Assembly (NCBI GenBank): GCA_965662235.1
Contig: CBFIGY010000003.1
Location: 160,001 to 224,000, forward strand
Direction of reading: 5' to 3'
Origin: an uncultured bacterium
GTDB lineage: Bacteria > SAR324 > NAC60-12
DNA length: 64,000 bases
The translations under genes were made by a program, and so were the position numbers. This document shows, piece by piece, positions 19,489-30,160 of this stretch; within the stretch, counting starts at the first letter, position 1; each line of letters starts with the position of its first letter. The notes under the pieces are model-generated. The model made no database searches and was not told the DNA's origin. It was given only the letters and a program-made list of their open reading frames with translations.

Positions 19489-20252
19489 GATGACGGGGGT
19501 TGAGGGTGGTGGAAGAGGGTTCCGTAAGGCAGCACCTGGTTCAGCCCACACGCCCGCAGGCAAGCCCAGATCATCGCCTGGTTGCTGGTGACCACCGGAC
19601 GCCCGCCCGCCGTTTCCAACGCTGGCACACACGGGAGTGCGCGCAGGGCCGTGCAGGAAACAAACAAGGCTTCAGCCTCCGGATGCCACGCCTGAGCTCC
19701 GGCCTCCTGAATCGTCTGATACGACACCCGGGCAATCTCACGATCGTCCTCAAGGTCGAGGTACACGGAATTGAGCAGCTCCAGTCCCGCCTCCCGGAAG
19801 GTTTCCAACAGCTCAAGCGTCACCGCCTCCGTGTACGGTGTGAGCACTGAAAGACGCCGAACCCCTAGGGCCTGAAAGGCTTCCAGCGCGGCTGAGACCG
19901 GCGTCACACAGGCGGCTTCCGGCTTGACAGCCTGCACCGCTGCTGCGACTCCATCGTGTCCCAGCACCACCGACGCTGCTGTGCAACCAAAGGTCACCAC
20001 ATCCAGGGGCTCCCCAGGCAAGATCGCTTCTGCCGCAGCAGTCAGGCGGGGTCCGGTTTGCCGGAGGTTCTCAACAGTGGTGGGATTTTCGTAGGCAATG
20101 CGGTTGACGTAAACGCCCACCTCATCCGGATCACACAGGCGTGCAAAGTCCCGCTCTGAGGTGTGGTCCGTGGCTAAGGCAATGAGTCCAATGCGTTTGG
20201 GAACCGGTCGAGGCTCCAGCGTGAACTCTCGGAAGGCACCGTGCAGACTCAT
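19485..20252 (-). CDS. eutA: Ectoine utilization protein EutA (Asp/Glu racemase-like)
   Basis: IGLIALATDHTSERD, FGCTAAS, SCTALR, TSNQA. Confidence 0.9.
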   Translation of the reverse strand: MSLHGAFREFTLEPRPVPKRIGLIALATDHTSERDFARLCDPDEVGVYVNRIAYENPTTVENLRQTGPRLTAAAEAILPGEPLDVVTFGCTAASVVLGHDGVAAAVQAVKPEAACVTPVSAALEAFQALGVRRLSVLTPYTEAVTLELLETFREAGLELLNSVYLDLEDDREIARVSYQTIQEAGAQAWHPEAEALFVSCTALRALPCVPALETAGGRPVVTSNQAMIWACLRACGLNQVLPYGTLFHHPQPPSS

Positions 20253-20269
20253 TTCCCCCTTGGTTGGAA

Positions 20270-20929
20270 TTATTGTGGAATACGAGAGTAGCGTCGTTCC
20301 AGCCGACGCAGGGCAATCACAGCCGGGACAGAGATGAGGAGGAAGAAGGCCCCCACCAGTGTCATCGGTTCCAGGTAGCGGTAGGTGTAGTTGGCAATGC
20401 CGCGGGCTTGGTTCATCAGCTCCAGCACCGTCACGGCAGAGAGCAGTGGCGTTTCCTTGAACATGGCCACAAAGTAGTTTGCCAGCGCCGGAATCATCGG
20501 AGGCACAGCCTGTGGCAGAATGACGTGGACCCAGGTCTGACGCTCAGTAAAGTTGCAGGCCTTGGCGGCTTCCCACTGTCCTCGGGAAACGTTCTCAATG
20601 CCAGCCCGGTACACTTCTGCCGTGTAAGCGCTGTAGTGCAGCCCCAGGCCAATCACTCCGGTCAGCAGAGGACTGAGGATGATGCCCACGTCCGGAAGGA
20701 CATAAAAGAGGAAGTACAGCTGCACCAGCAAAGGTGTGCCCCGGACAAATTCCAGGAACCACCAGGTCGTGTTGCGGATCCAGCTGCTGTGGCTACGACG
20801 CAGAATCGCCAGCCCCAGTCCGAAAACCATTGCGACCAGGCTTCCCAGCAGCGACGCCTGGATGGTGATCAGTACCCCATCAAAGAGCTGCGGTAGAATT
20901 TCTTGAACAAACGACCAATCCCATTCCAT
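20270..20929 (-). CDS. ehuD: Ectoine/hydroxyectoine ABC permease
   Basis: RGTPLLVQLYF, AEVYRAGI, MFKETP. Confidence 0.92.
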   Translation of the reverse strand: MEWDWSFVQEILPQLFDGVLITIQASLLGSLVAMVFGLGLAILRRSHSSWIRNTTWWFLEFVRGTPLLVQLYFLFYVLPDVGIILSPLLTGVIGLGLHYSAYTAEVYRAGIENVSRGQWEAAKACNFTERQTWVHVILPQAVPPMIPALANYFVAMFKETPLLSAVTVLELMNQARGIANYTYRYLEPMTLVGAFFLLISVPAVIALRRLERRYSRIPQ

Positions 20930-20938
20930 CGTTGACTC

Positions 20939-21595
20939 CTATGCGCGGGCACCGTCCATTCCTTGAGACAGACGCTGCTCCAGGGCTCGGATGCCTCGGG
21001 AGATAACCAGTGCGATCAAGAAATAGAGGATGAGGATGGTCAGGAAGGGGAAGGTCGTGTCTCCCGTCTGGGAGCGAACCACCTGAGCCTGAAAGGTCAT
21101 GTCGGCAATGGAGATCAGCGAAACCACTGCTGTGCCCTTGAGCAGCTCAATGGCGTTGTTCCCGAAGGTGGGGAGCATGAGCAGCACCGCCTGCGGCAGA
21201 ATCACGTAACGCATCTTCTGCCAGCGGCCGAGATTGAGGGCCACACAGGCCTCATGCTGTTCCTTGGGAATGGTCAGGATGGCGCCCCGGACGACTTCGG
21301 CGCCGTAAGCTCCCACGTTCAGTCCCAGCGCCAGCACTCCGGCAAAGAATGGACTCAGCGGAAGCCCAATCAGCGGGAGGACAAAGTAGGCCCAGAACAG
21401 CTGGACAAAGATGGAGGTGCCCCGGAAGAACTCGATGTACACCGTGGCAATCGCCCGGATGATTCCCAGCGGAGACAGGCGTGCCAGTCCGGCCAAAAAG
21501 GCCATCACCAGCGCCAGCAGGCAGCCGGCCACGGTCAGCTGCACCGTGGTCACTGCCCCCTGCAGGATCAACCCGAGGTAGCTTGAAGCATTCAT
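20939..21595 (-). CDS. ehuC: Ectoine/hydroxyectoine ABC permease
   Basis: YIEFFRGTS, AYGAEVVRGA, NNAIELLKGT. Confidence 0.92.
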   Translation of the reverse strand: MNASSYLGLILQGAVTTVQLTVAGCLLALVMAFLAGLARLSPLGIIRAIATVYIEFFRGTSIFVQLFWAYFVLPLIGLPLSPFFAGVLALGLNVGAYGAEVVRGAILTIPKEQHEACVALNLGRWQKMRYVILPQAVLLMLPTFGNNAIELLKGTAVVSLISIADMTFQAQVVRSQTGDTTFPFLTILILYFLIALVISRGIRALEQRLSQGMDGARA

Positions 21596-21648
21596 GGAGG
21601 TTCCGAGACAGCAGGTGGGCGCCTCTCAGAGACGCCCGGAGGCATCAA

Positions 21649-22521
21649 TTAGTTTTTGCCGGAGCAGAGATTGTCCATCGTCTGCATCTTGGCAAGCTGT
21701 GCATTGAAGCCGAACGGCTCAACGATCTTGTCAAACTCACCGCTGGCCTTCAGCGCGGCCAGTTCCTTGTTGTACGCATCACGGAAGGCGGTGTCGTTCT
21801 TGTTGAACGCGGCTCCGGCACAGTAGATGGGGGTATTCGGCAACGGTGCCACCATCTCCAGATTCGGATCGTTCGCCTTCTCCAGCAGGTCCGAAATGGA
21901 CAGGAACGGCAGAGCATAGACGTCAATCCGTCCGTCCTGCAGCATGTTGATGCCAGACTGGGCATCAGGCACCACGATCACCCGATTCCGCGGCACACCG
22001 GCTTCCAGAGCCATACGCTCCTCGGTTCCACCTCCAGGGGCGCCTACCTTCACGGAGCTGTGATTGGCAAGGTCTTCGTAGCTCTTGATGCTGAGCGGGT
22101 TGCCCTTCTTCACGGCAAACGCTTCTCCGTCACACAGGTCCGGCTCTGAGAAGATGACAGCGGCACAGCGCTCCGGCTTGATGAACAGACCGGCGGTGAC
22201 CATGTCAAAGCGACGGGCCTGGAGTCCGGGAATCATCGCCCCATACTCCGAGATGCTGGCGCTCAGGTCCTCAACGCCGAGGCGCTTCATGACCGCCCGT
22301 GCCACTTCCGGAGCAGCGCCCGAAACGGTGCCGTCGGAGTTGACGGCCGTCCACGGGGGCTCATTGGCAATCGCGATGCGGACGAATCCCTGCTCCTTCA
22401 GGCGCTCCAGGGTCTCTTGTGCTTGCACAGGAGTGGAAAATACGCTCGTCAGGCTTCCAACGAGTAGCGCGGCTACCGAGGCACGAAAGAAGGCGTTGCT
22501 GAGTTTTTTCAGAGTCTTCAT
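21649..22521 (-). CDS. ehuB: Ectoine/hydroxyectoine ABC substrate-binding protein
   Basis: Signal peptide; IANEPPW, EYGAMIPGL, GLFIKPERC. Confidence 0.92.
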   Translation of the reverse strand: MKTLKKLSNAFFRASVAALLVGSLTSVFSTPVQAQETLERLKEQGFVRIAIANEPPWTAVNSDGTVSGAAPEVARAVMKRLGVEDLSASISEYGAMIPGLQARRFDMVTAGLFIKPERCAAVIFSEPDLCDGEAFAVKKGNPLSIKSYEDLANHSSVKVGAPGGGTEERMALEAGVPRNRVIVVPDAQSGINMLQDGRIDVYALPFLSISDLLEKANDPNLEMVAPLPNTPIYCAGAAFNKNDTAFRDAYNKELAALKASGEFDKIVEPFGFNAQLAKMQTMDNLCSGKN

Positions 22522-22561
22522 GAGTCTCCATTGTCTTCAGGATTGACAGGCGTCACTGCGC

Positions 22562-23338
22562 TCAGACAGCCAGTCCGGCGGCAATGACTTTTTTCAAGAA
22601 CGCTTGGGTGCGCTCTTCTTGGGGATCAGAAAAGATTTTCTCCGGGGGCCCCTGCTCCACAATCCGTCCTCCGTCAAAGAAGAGGACGCGGTCGGCAAAG
22701 TCACGGGCAAATTGCATCTCGTGGGTCACGAGCAGCATGGTCATGTCGGTTTCCTCTCCCAGACGACGCAGGACGTTCAGGACCTCCTCCACCAGTTCGG
22801 GATCAAGTGCTGAGGTTACCTCGTCAAAGAGCATGATCTTGGGTCGCAGGGCTAGGGCTCGGGCAATCGCCACCCGCTGCTTCTGCCCCCCAGAAAGCTG
22901 TGCCGGCTTGGCATCCGCTTTGTCTGCCAGCCCCACCAGCTCCAGAAGCTCCCGGGCTTTCTGCTCGGCTTCTGCCTGCGCAACGCCCTGGGTCAGCATG
23001 GGAGCCGCGGTGATGTTCCGGAGGACGGTCATGTGCGGGAAGAGGTTAAAGAGCTGAAACACCATGCCGATCTTGGACCGCATGTGGTGCAGGTGAGCCT
23101 CACTCGCGGGAACCATGGCTCCTCCGGCTCCCGGCATGTGCCACAGGGGCTCTTCTTCCACGGTGATCATGCCGGAGTCGATGCTCTCCAGCGTCATCAG
23201 GATGCGCAGGATGGTGGTCTTGCCTGATCCGCTGGGACCAATCAGCGCCAGCTTTTCCCCCGCTTTGACATCGAAACTGAGGTTGTTCAGGACCTGGAGG
23301 GTTCCGAAGGATTTGGAAACTTCCGAAATTCGGATCAT
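22562..23338 (-). CDS. ehuA: Ectoine/hydroxyectoine ABC ATP-binding protein
   Basis: GPSGSGKTTILRILMTLE, LSGGQKQR, LFDEVTSALDPE; start moved to ATG 23338. Confidence 0.92.
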   Translation of the reverse strand: MIRISEVSKSFGTLQVLNNLSFDVKAGEKLALIGPSGSGKTTILRILMTLESIDSGMITVEEEPLWHMPGAGGAMVPASEAHLHHMRSKIGMVFQLFNLFPHMTVLRNITAAPMLTQGVAQAEAEQKARELLELVGLADKADAKPAQLSGGQKQRVAIARALALRPKIMLFDEVTSALDPELVEEVLNVLRRLGEETDMTMLLVTHEMQFARDFADRVLFFDGGRIVEQGPPEKIFSDPQEERTQAFLKKVIAAGLAV

Positions 23339-23487
23339 GGTACAGCGTGGGTCAGGCAATCGCTCGTAAGGACTAGGGGGGGATGATAGCGGAGGGGGTT
23401 CAGAAAGTGTTTTCAAAGAAATTAGGACTCGCAGAAAAAATTTCTGGTCGGTTCAAAATGGCAGGAAAAGTGGAATTTTTGTCAAAT

Positions 23488-23799
23488 TTAGTAGGCGTCC
23501 CACCACGAACCTCCGGCGTGCTGACGCTGCAGTTCCTCCTCCATTCCCTGAAGCGATTCCTCCAGAGCCGGACACTCCGGATGCGTCAGGCACGATTCAA
23601 AATCGGCCGTTTGCAGTTCCCGGACGCAGAAGTCCATGTACAGCTTGGTCACCAAAACCGCATCCAGCTTGAGCAGCTCGGACCACTGCTCTGCTTGGGT
23701 GGCCAGGAGCTTGAGCACCTGCGCCAGCAACAGCGGCTGCATCTGCACCTCAGTTGCCACGGCGTCGTCTGAAAGCTCATGGACAAACTGGTACGTCAT
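23488..23799 (-). CDS. Hypothetical acidic protein, 103 aa
   Basis: ATGA overlap with the dppF stop; no family recognised. Confidence 0.6.
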   Translation of the reverse strand: MTYQFVHELSDDAVATEVQMQPLLLAQVLKLLATQAEQWSELLKLDAVLVTKLYMDFCVRELQTADFESCLTHPECPALEESLQGMEEELQRQHAGGSWWDAY

Positions 23800-24776
23800 G
23801 CTGGCACCGAGTCAAGGGCCTCCGCCCGATGACACGACACCCAAGTAGAGGCAAACGGTCGCAGCGTCGGTGTCTTTTCCCGGCACGCGGGTTCCGCGTA
23901 CGGACAACGTGTGTGGAACGCACACCCCGGAGGCGGGTTCAGCGGTGACGGCAGCTCTCCGGAGAGGCGGATGCGGTTGCGCGTTCGCTCCGGATCGGCA
24001 ACCGGTGTCGCCGAAAGCAGCGCCTGCGTGTACGGATGCCGCGGGTGCGCGAAGACCTCTGCCGCAGCGCCCTGCTCGACCACCTGCCCGAGGTACATGA
24101 CCATGACCTCATCCGCAATGTGCTTGACGACCGAGAGGTCGTGACTGATGAACAGATAAGCCAGGTCCAGCTCATTCTGCAGATCCGTCAACAGGTTGAG
24201 CACCTGGGCCTGAATCGAGACATCAAGCGCACTCACCGGTTCATCCAGCACCACGACTTTCGGACGCAGCATCAGGGCGCGGGCAATGGCAATCCGTTGC
24301 CGCTGTCCTCCGGAAAACATGTGCGGGTAGCGCTCCGCGTGTTCTGGACGCAGCCCAACGATTTCCATCATCTGCCGCACCGCAGCTGCTCGTTCTCCCG
24401 CCGTCTGCGTGGTGTTGATCTTCAGCGGCTCCTCCAGCATGGTCCGGATCTTCTGACGTGGATTGAGCGAACCATACGGATCCTGAAAAACGATCTGCAC
24501 CGATTGACGCAGCTCCCGGAGGGTCTCGGCGTCCGGCTGCTCCACCGTGTGTCCCGCGAGCTTGAGGACGCCCGAGGTCGGTTCTTCAATCAGAGTCACT
24601 AGACGCGCCAGAGTGGACTTTCCACACCCCGATTCCCCCACCACGGCCAATGTCTTTCCCGACTCCAGCCGGAAGCTTGCCCCATCAAGCGCCTTGACGA
24701 GCGCAGGCGGCTCCCACACGCCTTGCCGGACCGGGTAGTGCTTCCGGAGGGCATCGGCTTCCAAAACCAACGTCAT
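23796..24776 (-). CDS. dppF: Dipeptide/oligopeptide ABC ATP-binding protein
   Basis: [33 protein letters not shown]-terminal GCAFHTRC. Confidence 0.9.
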   Translation of the reverse strand: MTLVLEADALRKHYPVRQGVWEPPALVKALDGASFRLESGKTLAVVGESGCGKSTLARLVTLIEEPTSGVLKLAGHTVEQPDAETLRELRQSVQIVFQDPYGSLNPRQKIRTMLEEPLKINTTQTAGERAAAVRQMMEIVGLRPEHAERYPHMFSGGQRQRIAIARALMLRPKVVVLDEPVSALDVSIQAQVLNLLTDLQNELDLAYLFISHDLSVVKHIADEVMVMYLGQVVEQGAAAEVFAHPRHPYTQALLSATPVADPERTRNRIRLSGELPSPLNPPPGCAFHTRCPYAEPACREKTPTLRPFASTWVSCHRAEALDSVPA

Positions 24777-25723
24777 GCAACCTCCTGCAGCGGGAAGTGG
24801 CAAAGAACCCCCTGTTCCGCTGAAGGGGCTTCTTGACGACACCGATCCTGCGCATGAGCGCAGCGTGGGTGAAACAAACACCCCTGAGGACGGTCCAGCT
24901 GCCCAGGCACCACTCCCGGAATGGACTGCAAGCGCTTGCCGTCGGTCCGCTCAGGAAGCGCCTTCAGCAGGGCCTCAGTGTACGGATGCCGGGGGGTCCG
25001 GAACAGGTTGCGGACCGGTTGGGACTCCACCTGCTGTCCGGCATACTGGACAAACACGCGCTGTGCGGTTTCGGCGACCACTCCCATGTCGTGGGTGATC
25101 AGCACCAGTCCCATGCCCTGCTCGCGTTGCAGTTCCAGCAGCAGCTCCAGGATCTGCGCCTGAATGGTCACGTCCAACGCGGTGGTCGGTTCATCAGCAA
25201 TCAGCAACTTGGGACGGCAGGCAATCGCCATGGCGATCATCACCCGCTGGCTCATGCCCCCGGAAAGCTGATGCGGGAAGGCCTTTAAGCGTGCTTCCGG
25301 ACTAGGGATGCCCACCAGGCCTAGGAGTTCCACCGCCCGTTTCTGCCGTTCTGCAGTGCTCAGGCCGAGGTGCGTCTTGAGGGCTTCCTTGATCTGAAAG
25401 CCAACGGTGAAGCAGGGGTTGAGGCTGGTCATCGGCTCCTGGAAGATCATCGTGATGTCCTTGCCAATGAGCCGACGCCGGGCGCGGGCGCTCAGTTGCC
25501 GAAGGTCCTGCCCATTGAACGCCATCTGTTCGGCAGTCACCTTGGCCGTCCACGGCAGCAGTCCCATCAGGGCCAGCATGGCAACACTCTTCCCGGAACC
25601 GGATTCGCCCACAATGGCCACCACTTCGCCGGGCTCCATTTCCAGACTGACGTCATCCACGGCCCGGAACCAGCCGCTCGCTGTCCGGAACTCCACGGAC
25701 AGGTGCTTCAGACTGAGCATCAT
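24773..25723 (-). CDS. dppD: Dipeptide/oligopeptide ABC ATP-binding protein
   Basis: [40 protein letters not shown]. Confidence 0.9.
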   Translation of the reverse strand: MMLSLKHLSVEFRTASGWFRAVDDVSLEMEPGEVVAIVGESGSGKSVAMLALMGLLPWTAKVTAEQMAFNGQDLRQLSARARRRLIGKDITMIFQEPMTSLNPCFTVGFQIKEALKTHLGLSTAERQKRAVELLGLVGIPSPEARLKAFPHQLSGGMSQRVMIAMAIACRPKLLIADEPTTALDVTIQAQILELLLELQREQGMGLVLITHDMGVVAETAQRVFVQYAGQQVESQPVRNLFRTPRHPYTEALLKALPERTDGKRLQSIPGVVPGQLDRPQGCLFHPRCAHAQDRCRQEAPSAEQGVLCHFPLQEVA

Positions 25724-26157
25724 TCTGTGCCTTCCTCTTCTTCAGGATCCTCCACCGGCTCCCAGGTGCTGTCACCCAGCTGCCGGACGGTCAATTGGAA
25801 GGTCCCATACGGGCAGTCCGAGGGCCACTCGTCAGGACCAATCAGGGTCAGGGTCAACTCCCCCTTCTCATTTTCGTAAAGGTGGTAGGGCTTGAGGAAG
25901 ACCGGCCGGAAGCTGTAGCGGGCCTGGTGGATGCGTTCCGCCAAGTGCATGCGCTCTTCAATGTGCTGAGCCTGCTGCACCAGCAGGTCCGCTTGTTCCT
26001 GCAGGTGCGCCAGCTGCTGCTGCGTGTGCTCACGCATCGCCGACAGCGAATCATCGCGTCCGTCAGATTCCTTGGAGAACGCCACAGAGCCCAGCTCCGT
26101 CGGGTTTTCCCGCAGGCGTCGGTCCTTGACAAAAGAAAGGGGAGTTTCGTCACTCAT
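25720..26157 (-). CDS. DUF2452-like protein
   Basis: Coiled coil followed by [10 protein letters not shown]...YHLYE...LIGPDEW...DSTW pattern. Confidence 0.7.
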   Translation of the reverse strand: MSDETPLSFVKDRRLRENPTELGSVAFSKESDGRDDSLSAMREHTQQQLAHLQEQADLLVQQAQHIEERMHLAERIHQARYSFRPVFLKPYHLYENEKGELTLTLIGPDEWPSDCPYGTFQLTVRQLGDSTWEPVEDPEEEEGTE

Positions 26158-26172
26158 CGTTTTGAGAGGCTC

Positions 26173-26286
26173 TCAGAGAAGGTACCAGAGGAAGGTGGTT
26201 GCGACTGCAACGAGCGCAAGACCAGTGAAGCAGCCCATCGGGATGGGCGCTGGGACAGGGAATCGAGAAACCGTATGCGTAGCCAT
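26173..26286 (-). CDS. Candidate 37-aa single-TM small protein
   Basis: MATHTVSRFPVPAPIPMGCFTGLALVAVATTFLWYLL*; fills the gap between ygfZ and DUF2452 on the same strand; no SD. Confidence 0.4.
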   Translation of the reverse strand: MATHTVSRFPVPAPIPMGCFTGLALVAVATTFLWYLL

Positions 26287-26307
26287 GTTCTGTTTGAGGC
26301 AGAGGCA

Positions 26308-27342
26308 TCAGGAATGGCGGGTGATCCGATGCGGTAAGGGAAAGGAGGAAATCGGCTGATCCGGATGCGTCGCCAACGTGAGGCTCGGAAGCGACTCGGC
26401 GACCGCGAGGCGGACCCAGGCAATTCCTCGGTGAAAGCCCCCATCGTCCACCTCAGAGAGGCTCCGGATTTCGCCGCAGGCCTCTCCTTCATGAAGCAAG
26501 GGGGTGGGGAGTTCTGGGCGAAGGGTCAACGGAAGCTTCACACCAGAAAGCTGCCAGTTCGGACGCCCCCGGTGATACATGCGGGCGTTCGGTTCCTGGC
26601 CAATGTAACATCCTTTGGTATACGAAATGTGTTCTCCTAGGCTGGCTTCCTGAGCAAACTGCCCGGCGCTATACTCAACCCCAAAGCGGGGGAGGCCTTC
26701 GTGAATGCGTACCTGCTCCCAGGCTTCTTCTCCGACCCACTGGGCCTGCGGATGCGCCTGCAGCGCCTCAAGGAAGGCCAGCCCGGACTCCAGCGGCACC
26801 ACCGCCACCCGGAGTGGCCGCGAGCCCCAGGTTCCCGAAAACCAGGTCGCTGTGCCGTCAAGGGCGTGTGCCACTTCTGGAGCCTGTGGTCCCACTAGGT
26901 CCACGCGAAAGTGGGTCTTCGATTTCAAGGAGAAGGTCACGTCTTCACGGATGTGGAACTGGTCCAAGAGGCGTCCGACGGCGACCCCTTCACCTGGCTC
27001 ACAGCTGACCCAGAACTCGTTTGCCGATGCCCGGAGCAGCTCGACCCGGTGCTGGATCTTTCCCTTTGTCTCACAGATGAGCGCCGGGAGCAGCGTCCCC
27101 ACCTCCTGAGCCACAGCGTCTTGGGTCACCAGCCCCTGCAGGTAGGTCGCCGTGTCGGGTCCGGTCACGCTCAGCAGCCACCGGGCCCTCTGGTCGAAGG
27201 CGCCGCACGTTTCTAACAAAGCATTGATTTCTTCCACGGAATTGCTACCGTAGCGCAGGATCACGCCGTTACTGTCGATTTCCCTGATCGTCGCACCCTG
27301 CCTCTGGTGCCAATCGTTGAGTTGTTCAAGTACCTGTTGCAT
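26308..27342 (-). CDS. ygfZ: Folate-binding Fe-S repair protein YgfZ (GcvT-like)
   Basis: Signature SYTKGCYIGQE; GPDTATYLQGLVTQD. Confidence 0.88.
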   Translation of the reverse strand: MQQVLEQLNDWHQRQGATIREIDSNGVILRYGSNSVEEINALLETCGAFDQRARWLLSVTGPDTATYLQGLVTQDAVAQEVGTLLPALICETKGKIQHRVELLRASANEFWVSCEPGEGVAVGRLLDQFHIREDVTFSLKSKTHFRVDLVGPQAPEVAHALDGTATWFSGTWGSRPLRVAVVPLESGLAFLEALQAHPQAQWVGEEAWEQVRIHEGLPRFGVEYSAGQFAQEASLGEHISYTKGCYIGQEPNARMYHRGRPNWQLSGVKLPLTLRPELPTPLLHEGEACGEIRSLSEVDDGGFHRGIAWVRLAVAESLPSLTLATHPDQPISSFPLPHRITRHS

Positions 27343-27410
27343 CTCCTTCTCTTACCAATTCGAGTGCAAGTCTAGCAGAGGGTCTGCAAAAAACCAAAAA
27401 ACGAAACTGC

Positions 27411-28295
27411 ATGGCTAAAATTGTTTCAGGAAAAGAGATCAAGGAAAAGCTGCTCCTTGACCTGCAAGCGGACCTTGACCCCCTTCAGCGCCAGGGAATC
27501 CGTCCCACCCTTGCTCTGATCCAGGTCGGTGACCACGCGGAATCCACTCGCTTTGTGGCTACCAAGCGTCGACAGGCCGAAGCCTTGGGCCTGCAGGTGA
27601 TCGACCACACGCTTCCTGGCACCACCTCTCAGGAGCAGCTTGAGGGGCTGATTCAGGCGTTGGGAGCCGCTCCGGATGTGCATGGAATTCTCTGCCAGCT
27701 CCCGCTTCCACCGGGGTTGAATGCCGACCAGGCGTTGGCGCAGCTGCATCCGGGAAAAGACGTGGACGGCTTGCACCCTCTGAACGCCGGGCTTCTGGCT
27801 CAGGGGCGTCCTCGCTTCATTCCCTGCACCCCGCTGGGCGTCCTCCGGATTCTCGAACACCACCAGGTTCCTCTGTCAGGAGCCCGGGTCACCGTTGTGG
27901 GCAGAAGCCCTCTTGTCGGGCGCCCCATGGCGCACCTCATGACCCATCAGCAGGCGACCGTCACGCTCTGTCACTCGCAGACTCACAACCTGACCGACCA
28001 CACCCGTCAGGCGGACATTCTGATCACCGCCACCGGAGTCCCCAACCTGATCCGAGGAGATGCAGTCCAGCCTGGTGCCGTGGTCATTGACGTGGGCCTC
28101 ACTTCCCTCGACGATCCAGCACACCCCAAAGGCTACCGTTTGGCGGGCGATGTTGCTTTTGATGAAGTGGCCTCCGTTGCCTCGTTGCTGACTCCGGTTC
28201 CTGGAGGAGTGGGCCCCTTGACCGTCACAATGCTCCTAGAAAACACCGTCCGGGCTGCTCAGCAGCTGACCCGGTCGTCTCTCACCTCCATCTGA
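27411..28295 (+). CDS. folD: Methylenetetrahydrofolate dehydrogenase/cyclohydrolase
   Basis: GILCQLPLP, KDVDG, PCTP, GRSPLVGRP, TPVPGGVGPLT. Confidence 0.95.
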   Translation: MAKIVSGKEIKEKLLLDLQADLDPLQRQGIRPTLALIQVGDHAESTRFVATKRRQAEALGLQVIDHTLPGTTSQEQLEGLIQALGAAPDVHGILCQLPLPPGLNADQALAQLHPGKDVDGLHPLNAGLLAQGRPRFIPCTPLGVLRILEHHQVPLSGARVTVVGRSPLVGRPMAHLMTHQQATVTLCHSQTHNLTDHTRQADILITATGVPNLIRGDAVQPGAVVIDVGLTSLDDPAHPKGYRLAGDVAFDEVASVASLLTPVPGGVGPLTVTMLLENTVRAAQQLTRSSLTSI

Positions 28296-28298
28296 AAC

Positions 28299-29702
28299 AT
28301 GCCGATCCATTCTGTTTCTGCTCGCTTCTGGGAAATCGTCAACGTCTTTCTCCCCTCCAATTTCCCCCAGCTTTCCCGTGAACAGCAGCGGCGCATCCGG
28401 GTTCAGTTAGCCATGAGCCTGGGGCTGGCCTTTGTCTACCTAGGCACCAGCGCCATTCTGACGTTTCAGGCGCAGTACCCCACCATTGGAGCCATTTTTG
28501 CCGTTGCCTTCGCAGGGGTTTACTTTGCCAGCATACTCAGTGTCCGGATGACCCACTGGGGGCAGAAGCTCATAAGCTGGATGATGTTCCTCGTTCCTCT
28601 GATCACCTACTTCATGCACTCCTGGCGCATCGGCGGAGAGCCGATTCCGGAACGGATCATTACCTTTCCTCTGATGATGTCGCTGGCGTTGGGGATACGT
28701 TGGGGGGTGATGGCCATCGGGGCTGTGTCCAGCATTACTTATGGATTCCAGTTCTATGAAGCCACCTGGGGAGACATCCCGGTGACGCTGGTTCTCGAGG
28801 TTCGTGAAGGCGTTGAGCAACTTCCCCTCGTCTACATGGTCACAGTGGTGGTGATTGTCTGGTTCCTGGAACTGGAGCGGCAACACAACCAACAGCAGAT
28901 TCAACAGGAGCTGGAACGGCGCCAAGAGGCTGAGTTGCAGAAGCAACTGGCCGAGGCACGGCGGGAGGATGAGCTCAAGATGCTGGAACAGTCCAAGCTG
29001 GCCATGTTGGGAGAAACCTCTGCCAGCATCGCCCATGAGATCAACAACCCCCTCGCTTACCTAGTGGGAGTGATGGACCTCTGGGCCCTGCGCCTGAACC
29101 GGAAGCAGACGCTCGATCCACAAGAATTTCAGGAAAGCTTAAAGGAGGCGCAGCAGCAAGCAGAGCGCATCACGTCCATTGTTCAGCACCTCCGGAACTT
29201 CGGACGGTCGGATGCCGGAGGAATGCAGCACTACCGCATCAATGCTCCTCTGGATGGCGCCCTGCTCCTCCTACGCCACTCGCTGTCACGGGCCAACATC
29301 TCGCTAGAAGTCGAGATTGCTGAAAACCTGCCTGAACTGAAGGGCAACCCCGGACACCTGGAACAGGTGCTGCTGAATCTGCTGGGCAATGCGCGAGATG
29401 CGTTGGAAGAGCACGGCGGCGGGACAGTCCGGGTGACGGCTCAGGCGCTGGAATCGGACCCGACGCAACTGGAATTGCAGGTCACCGATGACGGACCCGG
29501 TATTCCGCAGGAGGTGCAGCAGCGCATCTTCACCGCCTTCTACACCACCAAACCAGCAGGCAAGGGCACCGGACTGGGGCTGTCGATTTGTCAAGGGATT
29601 GTGCAGAACCTCGGAGGCACCCTCAGCTGCCACTCTGAGGTTGGGAAGGGGACAGCGTTCCGCATTCAGGTTCCCCTTCAGCCTCCACCAGTTGAGGACT
29701 AG
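28299..29702 (+). CDS. Membrane sensor histidine kinase (orphan)
   Basis: About 5 [40 protein letters not shown]. Confidence 0.92.
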   Translation: MPIHSVSARFWEIVNVFLPSNFPQLSREQQRRIRVQLAMSLGLAFVYLGTSAILTFQAQYPTIGAIFAVAFAGVYFASILSVRMTHWGQKLISWMMFLVPLITYFMHSWRIGGEPIPERIITFPLMMSLALGIRWGVMAIGAVSSITYGFQFYEATWGDIPVTLVLEVREGVEQLPLVYMVTVVVIVWFLELERQHNQQQIQQELERRQEAELQKQLAEARREDELKMLEQSKLAMLGETSASIAHEINNPLAYLVGVMDLWALRLNRKQTLDPQEFQESLKEAQQQAERITSIVQHLRNFGRSDAGGMQHYRINAPLDGALLLLRHSLSRANISLEVEIAENLPELKGNPGHLEQVLLNLLGNARDALEEHGGGTVRVTAQALESDPTQLELQVTDDGPGIPQEVQQRIFTAFYTTKPAGKGTGLGLSICQGIVQNLGGTLSCHSEVGKGTAFRIQVPLQPPPVED

Positions 29703-30145
29703 AGGCGCTCCAGATACGAGGTGAAGTCAGGGACTTCCCGCATCAGGTCTTTGTGGAAGAGGTGCGAGCTGACGAGGAAGTCAGCCGTCACGCTGTTGCA
29801 GGCCAAGGGAATGTTCCAGACCGCTGCCAACCGGAGCAGGGCCTTGACGTCCGGATCGTGGGGCTGCGCCTCCAGCGGATCCCAAAAAAACACCACCATG
29901 TCAATTTTCCCCTCTGTGATCGCCGCACCAATCTGCTGATCGCCTCCCAGCGGGCCACTCTGGAAGCGGAACACCGGCAGGCTCAGCTCCTTCTCAATCA
30001 GCTTTCCAGTGGTCCCGGTGGCACACAGTTCGTGCTGCTCCAGCTGTGCCTTGTGCTGAGACACCCAGCTCAGCAGTTCCGGTTTCTTGGAGTCATGGGC
30101 AATCAGGGCAATGCGCTTGCGGGCGGGAAGTTGACGTTGGTGCAT
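29699..30145 (-). CDS. mgsA: Methylglyoxal synthase
   Basis: [35 protein letters not shown]. Confidence 0.96.
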   Translation of the reverse strand: MHQRQLPARKRIALIAHDSKKPELLSWVSQHKAQLEQHELCATGTTGKLIEKELSLPVFRFQSGPLGGDQQIGAAITEGKIDMVVFFWDPLEAQPHDPDVKALLRLAAVWNIPLACNSVTADFLVSSHLFHKDLMREVPDFTSYLERL

Positions 30146-30160
30146 GAGAGCTCCCAAAAA

